The translations under genes were made by a program, and so were the position numbers. From Callorhinchus milii (lineage: Eukaryota), in the NCBI RefSeq assembly GCF_018977255.1, contig NW_024704742.1, positions 12,030,001 to 12,094,000 of the forward strand: a DNA stretch of 64,000 nt. The letters run 5' to 3'. The notes beneath the pieces are model-generated. The model saw nothing but the letters and a program-made list of their open reading frames with translations. It was not told where the DNA came from and ran no database searches. Positions 50,011-63,334 of the stretch are shown here, piece after piece (position 1 is the first letter of the stretch; the number at the start of each line of letters is the position of its first letter).

Positions 50011-50935
50011 TATTTTTAAGATTAACGTCTAAAATGATTATGCAAGCACTCCGAGACCCTGCCACATGTGAAGGGCGCGATATAAATGCAAGTCATTGTT
50101 GTTGTACTATTATTCTATTACCATGTATGTATGCTGGGAGCAACTCAACACTAAGGAGGCCACATAGCTCTCTTCTATTCCCCGCCCCCAAGTCAATCCT
50201 TAATATGAGAATTAGTACTGCAGATGGCAGGCAAAGTGTTGCCATTGCAAAGCAGCAGCTGTGTACTGAAGATAACGCTAGGGTGACTGTAAGCTCTGTT
50301 AACCTGACAGAGACAGATAGATACTGCTTTCTGACTGAAACCCTGTAAATTTTCTTCGCAACATAAGCTCACTTCAACAGATGCTTCAGCTATAAGTCTT
50401 CCAGCTGCAGTTCTTAATCTTGAAATCAATTTCTATCCTCGACCGCGAGTGTAACATAAACAGTAACTTTTCATTACTTCAAACTGGCTACTTTTGCTCT
50501 CCTTTTCAATTTCGAAATTGCTCAAAAATCCCCTTTCTTGCCCTGCTTCATGGGACGCTCATCTGCAAGTTAAAAAGTTTATGGAAACACAACTGCCGTT
50601 TCCACTCGGAAATATTAAGATCACTTTTTCAAGTTGACATGATCCACTGATGGCACAAATAGAAGACTGAGATTCAAGTCTTATAAAGATACACCTGAAA
50701 ATAGAGATCACGGTTCAAAACATGTTAGTCTAGTACCTGAAGTATTAATAAAAAGTCGACCAAAGAAAAAAAGTATCAATTTGTGGAAGTGTGATCAGGT
50801 TGATCCTCATTGTTAGAGGTATAAGAAGATCAGAGGGCTGACTCGAAGGTTAGGTCTCTAAAGCAATTGAAAGGATATCTCTGAGGAAACTTTACATAAG
50901 TGCTAAATAGCAAAGAAAAAAAAAGTTGAGAAAAT

Positions 50936-51165
50936 GATTGGGGCGGTGTAATGGAGAGGGGCCAGGGATTGGGGTGCAGTCATGGGGAGGGATCAGGGAT
51001 CGGGGCGGTGTAATGGGGAGCGGCCAGGGATTGTGGTGGGATCCATGGGCGGGTCAAGGTCAGATTGTGTAATGGGGAGGGGCTGTGGGCGCGGCGTTGT
51101 GATGGGGACAGGCTGGTGAGGGGAGGGGTGGGCAGTGGATTGATGGGGATTGGCCGGGTTGTTAT
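50936..51165 (+). repeat. G-rich minisatellite, ~31-bp degenerate unit
   Basis: Units like 'gattggggcggtgtaatggagaggggccagg' and 'gatcggggcggtgtaatggggagcggccagg'. Confidence 0.85.
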
Positions 51166-51659
51166 TGGATACATTAGAGATTTTTTTTAATTTGATGTAC
51201 TCCACACTTGGAATGGGTAACCAGGCAGGCTGCTTCTGGTTTTACCTATTTCAATCTTTTGATTGTATTCACAGTTAGACATTAAAGATCCCATGACACT
51301 TTGCCCTCAATAACGTTGATATTTTACCTCTTAATCAGCCACAGTCATTTGTTCATCTATTTCACTGAAGAATTATATCTCCTCCAAATCCAATTATGCT
51401 TTAAATCCATTGGTTTATTTTGTATTTTGCATTGTCATTTTCAATCACTTTCTTCCTATATCATTTTCTTCTCCTTCAGAATGTTATCTAATTACCTACA
51501 AACTCAACTGTTTTTTGTGCCTATGGTTTTACCAAGCATTTATTTTTTTGCACTCTACAGAGAAAAAATAAGCCTTAACCTCAGGTACATTTTGTATTAA
51601 CCTACACCTTACATTTGTCTTAGCTCTGTTTCTTTTGTCCAAGATATAATAGTCTATGC

Positions 51660-51978
51660 TGACGCTGCAGTGTGGGAGATGGCGTCCGTTGGATGAGAAG
51701 TTAAACCAAGGCCTTGTTCTGTTTGTTCAGATGGTCATTAAAGATCCCATGACACTGTACGAAAAATAGTTTCTCTGGGGTCTTGTCAACAAGCCCCCAA
51801 TAAAAGATTGGTTACTCGCTCCATGGTTGTTTGTGGGACACTGCTGTGTTGTCTGCCATATTTGCCAACAAGACACACACAGTTGAACCACTTTAGTGAA
51901 TACAGTATCCTGTGCAGCGTTTAAGATGTCTCAATGAAGTGATAAGTTGCTATATAAAATGCAAGGGTTATTATTATG
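51660..51978 (+). mobile_element. Deu-domain SINE
   Basis: 'ttggatgagaagttaaaccaaggcc...ttaaagatcccatgacact'. Confidence 0.78.
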
Positions 51979-53019
51979 TTAGTTATGGTGTATAATGAGT
52001 AAAACTTACACACGTATATAAAACCTATGTATCAACCTAGCACTCTGTGGTTAAGTGCTCCGAGATAGCATCTGGTGTGAAGAGCGCTACATAAATGCAA
52101 GATGTTGTTGTTCTTTTCCCTCGTGAACTAACCAGACCTAACTAACCTTGTTTCTCAGACCCTTGCCTGAAGAACACAATGTTATTCTCTCTGTAAGTTA
52201 CGATCCACATATCTCAGTCCACTGTTTCAATTGTTTATTTAGCTACATCCATCATCCTGATTAATTTGCAGCACTTTCATTCTCCTCCTATCAACCTTCA
52301 CATTCTCTTGGCAAGCATGTTTCTCCTTCACCCAGGGAGGGTTATTTACTGCATTCCTGGTAAAGGACCTGACAACTTTGCCTTCTGAGGATGCACTTCC
52401 TATTGCAGACTCAAATTCCTTCAGATTATTTTAAGGTTACTACAATCTATTCACCATGGAGTGTTAATAATAATAATAAAGATAATAATAATAGTGCTTG
52501 TATTTGATATAGCAAAATAGTATATATGTAATATACAGAATATACATAATATATTTATAATATACAGAATATATTGTAAAGTGGATTGACTGTTATTTTG
52601 TGGGCAAAACGGGGCAACCAATTGTGCACAGCAGTGTCCCACAAACATTCATGGTTTGAGTGACCACATTTTTTGGTGGCCCCTCGAACCTTAGCAACAT
52701 TTTACTCATGAGTAAGGTGGAAGGGGGAAATCTGAACCAACAGTAAACAACACTCCCTCCACCAACATTCCACAAATCAGTTAATTAAATTACGAGAATG
52801 TAATAAAGTGTTAATGAGCCACATACATTAAGAACTAGCTCTGAGATTTCTCAAATATGCTGTTTGAATTGTCTGAAAATGTACATGATGTACAATTTAT
52901 CATGAAGCTCGCCGCCTTATCAACATATATGATCCCAATTGAACCTGTCTTATAAATCAGTGTTGTTTGACGCTTTTTAAAAAATTCTAAATTTATTCCA
53001 CTATTCAAAAAATGTATCT

Positions 53020-53330
53020 CATTCAGAACTCTGCTGCATACTTCCCCAGACCACACCAGTTCTGGCCAGGCTCCACCGAACGGATTTGACTTCAAGATCC
53101 TCACACTCGTTTTCAAATCCCTTCACTCCCTGGTACGTTCCTACCTCTCTGACCTCCAAACTCACCAATCCACCACCTGGCGCCTCCGCTTGACTGGTAC
53201 CGGCCTCCTGCTTGTCTCTCGCACCCTCCGCCCCACCATTGGAGGCTGCGCATTCAGCCACTACGCCCCTAGACTCTGGAACTCTCCCTCAATCCCTCCT
53301 TCTTGCCCCCTCTCTCCCCTCTCCCCTGTT
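53020..53330 (+). mobile_element. L2 3' fragment
   Basis: RPTIGGCAFSHYAPRLWNS. Confidence 0.85.
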
Positions 53331-53514
53331 CAGCTTCCTTTGTTTGGGAGTTTTATGACCTTTAAATTTCAGGAGGAAGAATCAATTCAGCCATGAAGCC
53401 TCTTTTATCATTTTAATAGATTGTGGCATATTTTTAAAATCTGATTTTCCCTTTTCTCCATATCTACTATTTTTTGCTTCCCAAGTATCACAATCAATCC
53501 CATGCAGACACCCT

Positions 53515-53930
53515 TGAGTTGCTTGGCTCAGTTGATGGCACTCTTACCTCTAAATTAGAAGATTGTTGATTTGAACCCCACATTGGGACTTCTAAATCAC
53601 ATAGTGTGGAATGACACTCTAGTGCAGGGTTGGAAATGTGCTGCATGATGGGAGATGCCATCTTTAGGATGAGATTTTAATCCAAAGTCCCATTTTAACT
53701 GTTCAGATGGGTATTAAAGTTCCGAATGCACAATTTAAAAAGAGACAGGAGGTTTCTCCTGGTGTCTTGGCTAATAATCACTCTCATTAAAAAAATGTCA
53801 TTCACTTCATGGCTATTTGTGGGACAAATTAGTTGCTATGTTTGCCTACAAAATATATGGTCACTACAGTTTACAGTACATCCTGTGAAGTGCTTTCAGA
53901 TGTCCTCTACATCAAATACAAGTATCATTA
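53515..53930 (+). mobile_element. tRNA-head Deu-domain SINE
   Basis: 'tggctcagttgatggc' head and Deu core. Confidence 0.75.
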
Positions 53931-54609
53931 AATTGTGTTCAGATGGAAGTTTGACCATTCAGAGATGAGCATGCTATTTGCATTGATTGAGGGCATCAAA
54001 AAGTGATTGCATTTTGGTTTGGATACTCTAAAGCATGGTGATGGGTTTCCACATGTGTCAGACACTCGTTTGACCAAACAAAACAGTGATTGCAGCTGGG
54101 GAGTAAAAGATCCCCTTCTGACATTTTGTTTAAACTTCTTTTCTTAACCTTATACATGGTGAAAAACACTGCTACAGTTTTTATTGACTGATCTGTTCAA
54201 ATTGCATGAATGAAATGAAATCTACTGAATAGACTAGTTTTTCATACTGAAACCATATACTGTTAATGTTTTTGCAATATGGTATTACCATACATATGAG
54301 TTACTGCCGTGCTCGTTGTTTTTCTGTTGAGCACTATTGCAATTAAATACCATATCAAATTCATCTTGAAAATTGAAGCAATTCCTAATTGTCTCTAATA
54401 TCGATGCTAAATTGAACCACATAGAGAGTTATATATATAAGTTGTACTAGGCTTTGAACAACCATTCAACTAACCAGAGGAATGCTAATTGTTGGACCGG
54501 TATATCTATATATAACTTCAGCAAAAACAAAGTTCTAACTGAAAGATTTAACACTTTCCTTTTTTTTCACATTCTGAACAATGATGTAGACATTTCTAAT
54601 CTAGTTATT

Positions 54610-55062
54610 CAGCAGCAAACCTTGCCTACACCAATCTCCGCATGCCCATCACCCCAGTCCGCTCCAGGCACCACTGGCATCCTATCACCCAACAGATAAA
54701 ATTTTAAGTTTTCACTCTTACCCATAAATCCCTTCATGCTCTAGCACCTTCCAATCACATATCTTCTTTTACCCACTCTTTGTCTCACCTCTTCTGCTCG
54801 GCCAACTCTGGCCTGCTGGGTGTCCCTCGACTCCACTGTGCCACCAGCGGTCTCTGAGCCTTCAGCTACTACCTTCTACACCTCCCTTAACCTACTCTTT
54901 TTCTATCTATCTAAATCCTGCCTGGAAACCTACCTCTTGAATCACTTCTAAAGCCACCTACCTCTTTCCCTTCTCCCTTGCTTGATTTCTGACCACCATC
55001 ATTGTGAAACACTAATATATTACTGTATATGAAGGGTGCTGTGCAAATCCAAGTTGTTGTTA
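54610..55062 (+). mobile_element. Old L2 3' end
   Basis: Parallels 48930-49382. Confidence 0.75.
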
Positions 55063-55289
55063 GTGGTATGAATATCCTGGTTTAACTACTGGCTGCAAAC
55101 TTATGTTTATCCAAGTACATGATTCATTATATTTCCTAGATGTGAGATCCACTTGATAAAAAACAAAATATTTTACATTTGAATAGCACCTTTCATGTCA
55201 GGAAGATGTCACAAAATACTTTGCGACATAACATTGGAGTGACTGTGTACTTTGAGGGCCAATGCAGCAGCTAAATAAGTCATGTAACA

Positions 55290-55583
55290 ATTTCCTTACT
55301 CCACATGCCTCTGTTTACCTAGCAGTAAGTAGGAACCCAGTTGTTAGGCTTATTACTTTTCAGGGGGTAATAATTCCTTCAAAAAATAAAAATAAATAAA
55401 AATTTGGTTACTCAATCCGCGACTGTTTGTGGAACATGGCTGTGCACAATTGGCTGTCACATTTTGCCCACAAAATATACAGTCAATTCACTTTAAAGTA
55501 TATTCTGTGAAGCGCTTTCAGACATCGCAAAGACATCCCGAAGACGTGGTGAGGCGCTATATCAAATGCAAGGATTATTATTA
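55290..55583 (+). mobile_element. tRNA-derived SINE, longer subfamily, headless
   Basis: 'tttccttactccacatgcctctgtttacctagcagtaag' through the tail. Confidence 0.88.
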
Positions 55584-57058
55584 TGTACAGCCATAAAGCG
55601 AATGACCAATTTTAATTGGAGGATTGTTGATTGCTGACCAGGACACCAGGAGAAACTTCTTTCTCCTTTTGAGTGATTCCATACGAATTTGATAGCAGAT
55701 GAGAGAACTCTGAGGCTGTGGGCAACAGCTGCTGGAAGGCGCTTCTTGGAATCCGAATTTATGAACAGGGCTTGGTTAGTTTGATCGGGCACTTTGATTA
55801 GTTTGCAGTGAGATAAGCAGCTGCTGCTCATGCTCCAACTGGTGGAACCATCGCTCAATGGGAAGGGAGATGTGTCTAAGCTGTGGGCAGGAAGATAGTG
55901 ACAATCCTTTCACACATTGCAGGAGGAGTTGTGCTGGCATCAGAAAGCTGACAGGTAGTTCCTGGTATGTGTCATCCATCTAGTGAGGGCTCAACTCCGC
56001 TGTATCTATCCTTTTAGTGGCAGGGGAGATAAGTTGGGTCTCCTTAGAGCTGAGCTGGCTCCAAGGTGAAATATTTGGCAACAGAATGTCAGAATTAAGC
56101 CAACCATCTGTGGTGGTCTCAGTTGTCGAGTTCCTGAGCCAAGCTGACACTGCTGATGACAGCCCAGATAACCTCGCTCATTGGTAGTACTTGGAAGGGC
56201 AGACAAGTGACTAGAGGCAGGGATTCTTCCTACTCGGCTCCTATTAACCCTGCAAGCCAAAGATCTAAAACACTAGTTGCCAACCGTTGGTTTATGGGCT
56301 AGAAGTGGCCCATGGGGCCATCAAGAAGCAGCCCTGAACATTCACACTAGACAAGGTAAGTCTCTGTTCAATCAATATTGTATTTCCAGGTTGTCCTTGA
56401 TTGAATATTTCTTGACTTATGGTATACATCAAGCAATATTCAATCCAGAAAATGTATTTTGTTGGCCGACCCAAAGAGGTTGGCTATCACTGCCCTAATG
56501 GGTAGGGTATTCCTAGCTGGACAAGCAGAGGAAGCTTGCCAAACAGTGCTCTCAATGGCAAGTTGTGCAGTTTTAGCTGGTTAGGCTCCAGCAGTTACCC
56601 CAATGCACACTCTGGGGTCCCCATGCCTTGGCTCTTGCCCATTTGCACCCAAGACTCTCCAGTATTAATTAAGCAGTATTAAGTAGGCAAAAGGTGTCCT
56701 TCAGAAAGATAGTATTCATTCCATTCCAAATTTCTCATGAATTGTCATGTAAAGGTAGGGTGGATGGTACTCTGCGTGGTTTGGATACTCTTACTCACGG
56801 TGATGGGTTTCCATGTGTCAGACACCTGGCTGATCACCCCCCAAAAATCAACACACGTAACAATGTGCCACAAACAGGAATGAACTGAATTATGTGTGTG
56901 TGTGTAAAAGTGTGAAAGGAGTACCCAAAACCCAAAAGATGGTAAGTATCGGAGTAAAGAGTTTTTTGCTGAGGAGGATAGCCTCAGAAGGTAATTGAAA
57001 ATCATCTAACAACCTTGTTAGTTTGCATTCTTTTATTTTAATTGCTTCCATTTAACAG

Positions 57059-57087
57059 GTCAAATTCAATTTTTCAAAGGTGGCTGA
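57059..57087 (+). CDS. Candidate short terminal exon A (phase 1, GQIQFFKGG*), gene unknown
   Basis: Preceded by a well-formed 117-nt intron (GTAAGT 56942, CTAAC 57006, T-rich tract, CAG 57058); paralogous to 63038-63066. Confidence 0.3.
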
Positions 57088-57542
57088 ACAATGATGGAGC
57101 TAATGGCATGTTAGCTGATTGGATTGAAAAGTGGCCTGGGAATAGAAAACAATATACAATGATAGATGTGGGACAAAGGTCTGATGGGGAAAGGGCAATG
57201 TTAATTCTGTAGGTTTCCATCATGGGTCTCTTGCTTGCCATACCATTTAGGAATTATATGGAAAGTGTGTGTATTTTTTGATCAGCAGAATGTCTGAATG
57301 TCAGTTCATTTCCCTGGATTGCGCATTTTTTCCCTGGAGGAACAAATCCTGATTCCCGAAATCTGAAGAGTATTAGATGTAGATGGGCAAGAGCCAAAAC
57401 TTGGGGACCCCAGAGTCTGTACTGGGGTACTGCTGGGCAAGTTTCCCACTACTTGACAGCTTAGACTACCCTACCTGTTAGGGCTTTGGCTTACAGGATT
57501 AATAGGAGACAAGTGGAAAGAGTCCCTGTTTCCATTGATCAA

Positions 57543-57810
57543 TACAATACAAAATTCCATTTGTATAGCGCCTTTCATGTCAGGAGGACATCCCTTGGCG
57601 CTGCACTTTCAGGAATTTGGATCTGAACATGGGGGGTTGGGGTCCCTGGAGGACAGGGAGGGCAGGAAGGTAGCCGAAGGTATGGTTGGAAGAGGAGGGT
57701 CTTGAGACGTGCCTTGAAGGAGGCAGGGGAAGGAGCAAGAAAAAGGGAATGTGAATGGAGTTCCAGAGGGTGGGAACAGTTTGCTCTTCCAAGTCCTACC
57801 ATTGAGCCAG
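57543..57810 (-). mobile_element. L2 3' end
   Basis: Reverse complement of the L2 tail and pyrimidine-rich UTR. Confidence 0.85.
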
Positions 57811-58659
57811 GCCGATTGGGTTGTCATCAGCAGTGCCCCGGAGTACTGTGGATCTGCCTGGCTCTGGAACCAGACTAAGAATTAAAGCTCCAACTGCAAA
57901 TACATTCTGTAGCCAATATGCTAGAGAACCACTGTATGAAAACGTATCCTGATTTCAATACCTTCAATACAGTCTTGTGCTCTGTTTGCTTATATATACA
58001 TGGAATGTATGTTGCTGCCAGAAGTAGTACAATAAAGTGGGAATCCGAGAAAGTATAGCCCTGAGGAGGAGGCTAATGAGCCAATGCTTGTGCCCTTGGA
58101 GTTAATTTACTCCAACCTGATTTCCTACTTTTCTTCCCTTACATTTTTATACTGTATTACTGTTTAAATATTTAATCATTTCTCTCTTAAATGTTGTAGT
58201 TTTGGCCTCAGTAGCCAATTGTGGAATCATTCAATTTTCTGACAAAAACATTTACATAGAACTTTACAGCACGGAAATGGGGCATCAGCCAACCAGGCCA
58301 TACAGTGTATACACTCCACATAAGCCTCCATCCTTCCGAATCCCCTTTCCCATACCCCTGTTCTCTCTTATGTATCTGTCAATTGGGGTTAAGTGCATTG
58401 ATAAGTAATCCTTGTATTTGATATATGCCATATCACATTGTCAAGATGTCTCAAAGTGCTTCACAGGATTTGTAGGCACAAAAACTTTTGATTTCTGCTT
58501 CAAGAACAGCTATTGTTAATGAGTTCCACATTCCACATTCCACATTCTCACCATCTTTTGCAATAAGTTTTTACCAAATTCCCTTTTTCAGATTAGCTAC
58601 TTTTAGACCTTTATTATTATTTTTATCTTTCAAACATAGCTAAACTATGCTCTAACTAC

Positions 58660-58995
58660 AAACTTTCATTAACGGCATAAATAAGCTTTCCCACTGGTTG
58701 GGGATTCAGTAGCCAGGGGACACAAGTATAAGATAGTAACAAAGGGATCTAAAAGAGATGTTAGGAGGAACTACTTCATGCAGAGGGTAGTGAGATTGTT
58801 GAATTCACTGCCAGAAGTGGTGGTTGAATCAGATAAAGTAGATCCATTCATGGGAAAGCTAGACCTTTGTTACGAGGCAGAGGGGAATAGAAAGCGATGG
58901 AAAGAAAGACTTGCGTGGAGTACATTTACCAGCATGGACTAATTGAGCCAAATCACTTGTTTCCCTATATTATTTGTAATCTTTGTACATCTATG
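58660..58995 (+). mobile_element. Old CR1 3' end
   Basis: 'ttcccactggttgggg...agggga cacaag...aactacttcatgcagagggtagtg'. Confidence 0.8.
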
Positions 58996-59359
58996 TAAAG
59001 TTCCACTGAACCTTTCCATTGATAACCCCAAGTTTTTCCCCTTGTTCCTGATTTACAAAAAAGTGGGAATGATCTTTCACTATTGATTCTTTGCTAGTTG
59101 AATACCTCTAATAGATCCCCTCAACATCCAGCTCATTAGAATATATTCAGAAATACTAAATTGCATCTGACTCTGGAGTACAGCTCATGTGCAGATGTAA
59201 AAATAAAATTGGGTGTATCTTTTTAGTGTTGCTAAAGAGCTGGTCTTACATTGGTCAACTTTCAAAAATAATCAATTAAAATTCTTGGGCCATCCACTGA
59301 GCAGAAGAATTGGTATTGATCCAGTTTATTTTTGCTAGACAATGCAAATTGAATTGCTT

Positions 59360-60150
59360 CTGAAACTATCTGAACGCAAGTCTTGCTTGACAAATTTTAA
59401 GACTTTGTTGAATAAATAACGGAGTATTGATAAAGGGAATACACTGAATGTTGTGAGTTTACATTTTCCAAAGATGATTAGTACAGTGCTCTTTAGGTTT
59501 GCTGAAAATGTTGAGGCATACATTAGCAGAAATGTACAGTATTGATAGAAAGTTGGATAAAGGACTAAATATGCGAATAGATGTTTTTCTAACTGGATGG
59601 ATGTAAAGAATGGTGTCTCCCAAAGGTCAGTGATTGGACCATTACAGATGACAGAATGACAGAAATTGAGGCTAACTGTGAAGAGGATTGTAAATGATTT
59701 GAGGAGTAGGACATAGACAGACTATTGGATTGGGCTGATACCTGGCAAATTGATGGAGAAAAGTGTGAGGTGATTCTTTTTTGAGAAAAATATTGAGAGG
59801 AAATGTAAATTAAATGTGATTTTTTTACGTTTGAAGAGCAGAGAGATATAGAGGTCAATGTATATATCTTTAAGGGTAACATGAGAGAGCGATTTATTTA
59901 AATAAAATGCTCCTGGAATTTTTTTATAAACAAGAATAGAATAGAAAAGCAAAGGCATTAATGCTCAATCTATACAGGTTATGTTGGGTCACAGCTGCAT
60001 TATTGTGACCAGGTTGGGGCCCCTCAGTATAGGAAAGGGTGAAAATGTCATAGAAATTGAGAGGAGATGCAGCTGGACAATAGAAATTTGCTTATGAGGA
60101 TACAGTGATAAAATTGGACTATTTTAGAACAGTAAAGATTGAAAAAAAAT
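59360..60150 (+). mobile_element. Highly decayed CR1 RT region
   Basis: 'tcttgcttgacaaat', 'ggtgtctcccaaaggtcagtgattggacca' (GVPQGSVLGP relic), 'aagtgtgaggtgatt'. Confidence 0.75.
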
Positions 60151-60229
60151 CTTTAAATAAAAAAGTTTTTTTTAAAAAAGGACAAAGATGTGTAATGCCC
60201 GACTTGGAATGAATGGTGGTTCAGGCATA

Positions 60230-62668
60230 TGGTTTGGACCATCTCCAAACACCCAATTCCCCGTGGAGTCCTGTAGCTCAGTGGTTAGAGCACTCGCTTT
60301 ATATGCGAGAGACCTGAGTTCAATTCCAGGCAGAGTGAAACCTTGGGCAAGTTTCCTTACTCCACACGCCTAATAATAATCCCTCCAAAACCAAAAACAA
60401 TAATAAATTGGTCATTTTCAATCCATATGACTGTTTGTGGGACATTGCTGTGCGCAATTGCCTGCCGCGTTCGCCCACAAATATACAGTCAATTCACTTT
60501 ACAGTGTGTTCTGTGAAGCGCTTTGGGACGTCCTCCCGACGTGAAAAGCGCTATATCAAATGTAAGGATTATTATTATTATTTATCATCTCCGCTCCCTA
60601 AAAATCCAAACCCGGCTGCTCGAGCGCAGATGGCAGAAAACTGGCCTGACAGTTCACCACCAACTGTGGCTCGAGCATCTCCACACCTACCGCAATTCTT
60701 TGACACGTGCAAAAACAGCCTTCTACTCCAACATCATCCAACATCAAAACACAATCCCAAAGTCCTTTTTTCCACCACCCACTACTTCCTCCATGCGCCC
60801 CCTCAGGCCTCCTCAATTTTCACATCTAATACCAAAAGCGAGGGCGTCATGGACTTCTTTTCATCCAAAATACATAACATCTGCCAGGCAGCCTCATCCT
60901 CCTGCCTCTTGTCACTCTCCACCACCCCTTCTCCATCTCCCTCACTTTCCCCATCATCAGTTCCTACCACGACACCCACCCTACATTCCTTCCTCCCCAT
61001 CTCTCCTTCCTCCCTCTCACCCACCATCACTTCAATAAAACCCACCACCTGCTGCCTAGAACCCCTCCTCGCCAACTTTGATGGCCACTACTACTGCCCA
61101 CTACTGGCGGACATCATCAACCAGTCCCTCTCCTCTGGATCAGTCCCTGCCTCCCTCAAAACTGTTGTCATCACCCCCCTCCTCAAAAAACCTTCCCTAG
61201 ATCCCTCAAACCCCAGCCATTACCGCCCTGTTTCAAACTTGCCCTTCCTCGCCAAAATCCTAGAATGCATTGTGGCCAATCAACTCCACGCACACCTCTC
61301 CTCTCACTCCCTCTTTGAGCCCCTCCGGTCCAGTTTCCGCCCTGCCCACAGTACAGAGACTGCGCTTGTGAAAGTCACAAACAACATCCTCTCTATCTGT
61401 GACCAGGGTTCTCTCTGCCTCCTTGTCCTCCTGGACCTCTCCGGCACTATCGACACAGTCGATCATGCCATCCTCCTTCACCACCTTTCCTCCATCATCC
61501 ACCTCAGTGGGACCGCACTCGCCTGGTTCAAGTCCTATCTCACGAACCACCAGCAATACATCTGCACAAATGGCTTTTCCTCCCGCTCTCACCCGATTAC
61601 TTGCGGGGTACCCCAAGGATCCATCCTTGGCCCCCTCCTCTTCCTAATCTATATGCTCCCTCTTGGGGATGTCAACCGCAGACATGGGGTACACTTCCAC
61701 ATGTATGCGGACATCATCCAACTCTATTTTTCCACCTCACTTTACAACCTCCAGTCCCCTGATGTTCTGTCAGTCTGCCTGTCAGACATCAGGAGCTGGA
61801 TGAGTGCGAATTTTCTTCACCTAAATGTTGACAAGGCGGAAGCCATACTCTTTGGCTTTCGTCAACGTCGAAAATCATATGTTTCTCACCTCCTCCAACT
61901 ACCGACCTCCCCCTTAAACTCTCCAAACCCGTACGCAACCTAGGTGTCAGGTTCGACCCTTAATTATCCTTCCTCCCCCACATCTGGTCCCTCACCAGCA
62001 CCGCTTCCTTCCACCTCCGACGCATCACCCGCCTCCGCCAATACCTCTCCCCAAAAGCCACTGAAACCCTGGTCCATGCCTTTGTCACCTCTCGGCTGGA
62101 CTATTCAAACGCCCTCCTCGCCAGCCTCCCCTCCACTACCATTCATAAAATCCAGGTCATCCAAAACTCTGCCGCCCACATTCTCACCCGCACCAAACTC
62201 TGCTCCCCGATTACCCCAGTCCTTGGAGGACTGCACTGGCTGCCCATCCCAGAGAGGATCGATTTCAAGATCCTCATCCTTGTATTCAAATCCCTCCACT
62301 CCTCTGCACCCCCCGACATCTCTAACCTCCTCTCTCCTCACAACAGTGCCCGCTGCCTTCACTCCACCGGGTCTGGCCTCCTTCTTGTCCGCTGAATCCA
62401 CTGTTCCACCATCGGCGGCGTGTCTTTAGCCACTATGCCCCGAGGATCAGGAACTTCCTTCCTCACTCCCTTCACCTCGCCCCCTTCTCTTCCTATTTTC
62501 AGGTCTCTGCAGAAGACCTTTCTTTTCGACCGCGCCTTTTGTCACCTTCCTCCCCCTCCCCCTGGCTCGGCTCTGGGATCCATTAATGTGAAGCGCTCTG
62601 ACACGCCGTCCGGCGTGGAGGGCACCACATAAATCCAAGTTATTGTTAAATCCAAGTTGTTGTTGTTG
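60230..62668 (+). mobile_element. L2 LINE, best-preserved copy; long open ORF2 stretch with RT; SINE inserted near its 5' end
   Basis: YRPVSNLPFLAKILE, HSTETALVKV, LLDLSGTIDTVDH, GVPQGSILGP, YADI (YADD mutated); duplicated tail 'aaatccaagtt(g/a)ttgtt'. Confidence 0.96.
60264..60582 (+). mobile_element. tRNA-derived SINE, full length
   Basis: Young family. Confidence 0.95.
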
Positions 62669-63037
62669 GTGTATAATCCATATTAGCTTCTAAGAGGAAA
62701 TTAGATACATATTTGGAGAAATATGAAAGTGTGTGGAAAAGATGGGAGAACAAGGCGAAAGGGATGTCATTTTGAGAGAGAACCACAATAGACTGAATGA
62801 CACCTCCTGTGCTGTAAATGTCATATCTTCCAGGAACGTGACTCCAGTGCACTTCACACTTTGCTGAACCCTCAATTTACACTGCATCTTTAGTGATGAA
62901 TTGCTGCCAAAGCAGTGGCGTTTTGCCGCATTAAAACAGCATTACACTCTCGCTGTGCCCTGTTCACTCTCTGCTTTTCACAAAAACGTAACCTTGTTAG
63001 TTTGCAGTCTTTTATTTTAATTGCTTTAACTCACCAG

Positions 63038-63066
63038 GTCAAATTCCAATATTTAGAGGTGGCTGA
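63038..63066 (+). CDS. Candidate short terminal exon B (phase 1, GQIPIFRGG*), gene unknown
   Basis: T-rich tract plus CAG acceptor shared with 57011-57094; AATAAA at 63315. Confidence 0.3.
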
Positions 63067-63334
63067 GCAATGAGGTGTTGGTCAAAATTCTGTTCACATA
63101 CCTGACCTGCCATTTGCATAAGAACTAACAGCACAAATCAGGAAGGTATTTGAGAGTAAGTATGACTAAGAAAATTACAACTGGGGAATCAGCATGTTTC
63201 CTTTCCACATGATTCTCCCCTTTTGCACAACCACGTTGGGTTGCTCATAACTTTTTTTTGCTGCTACAAAGAAACAGCTATGCAGACTGAATTAACCTAT
63301 AGGCTTACAAGAAAAATAAAATACACAAGACTTA

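Noticed and set aside
11045..50562. Minus-strand exon-like segments (11045-11123, 16391-16464, 50373-50562)
   Set aside because: Splice signals are plausible, but there is no consistent frame or recognisable protein and 50373-50562 has stops in all frames; cannot be told from chance without RNA data.
60408..61943. 511-aa ORF as an active reverse transcriptase gene
   Set aside because: It starts inside an inserted SINE, lacks the endonuclease, has YADI for YADD and is frameshifted downstream.
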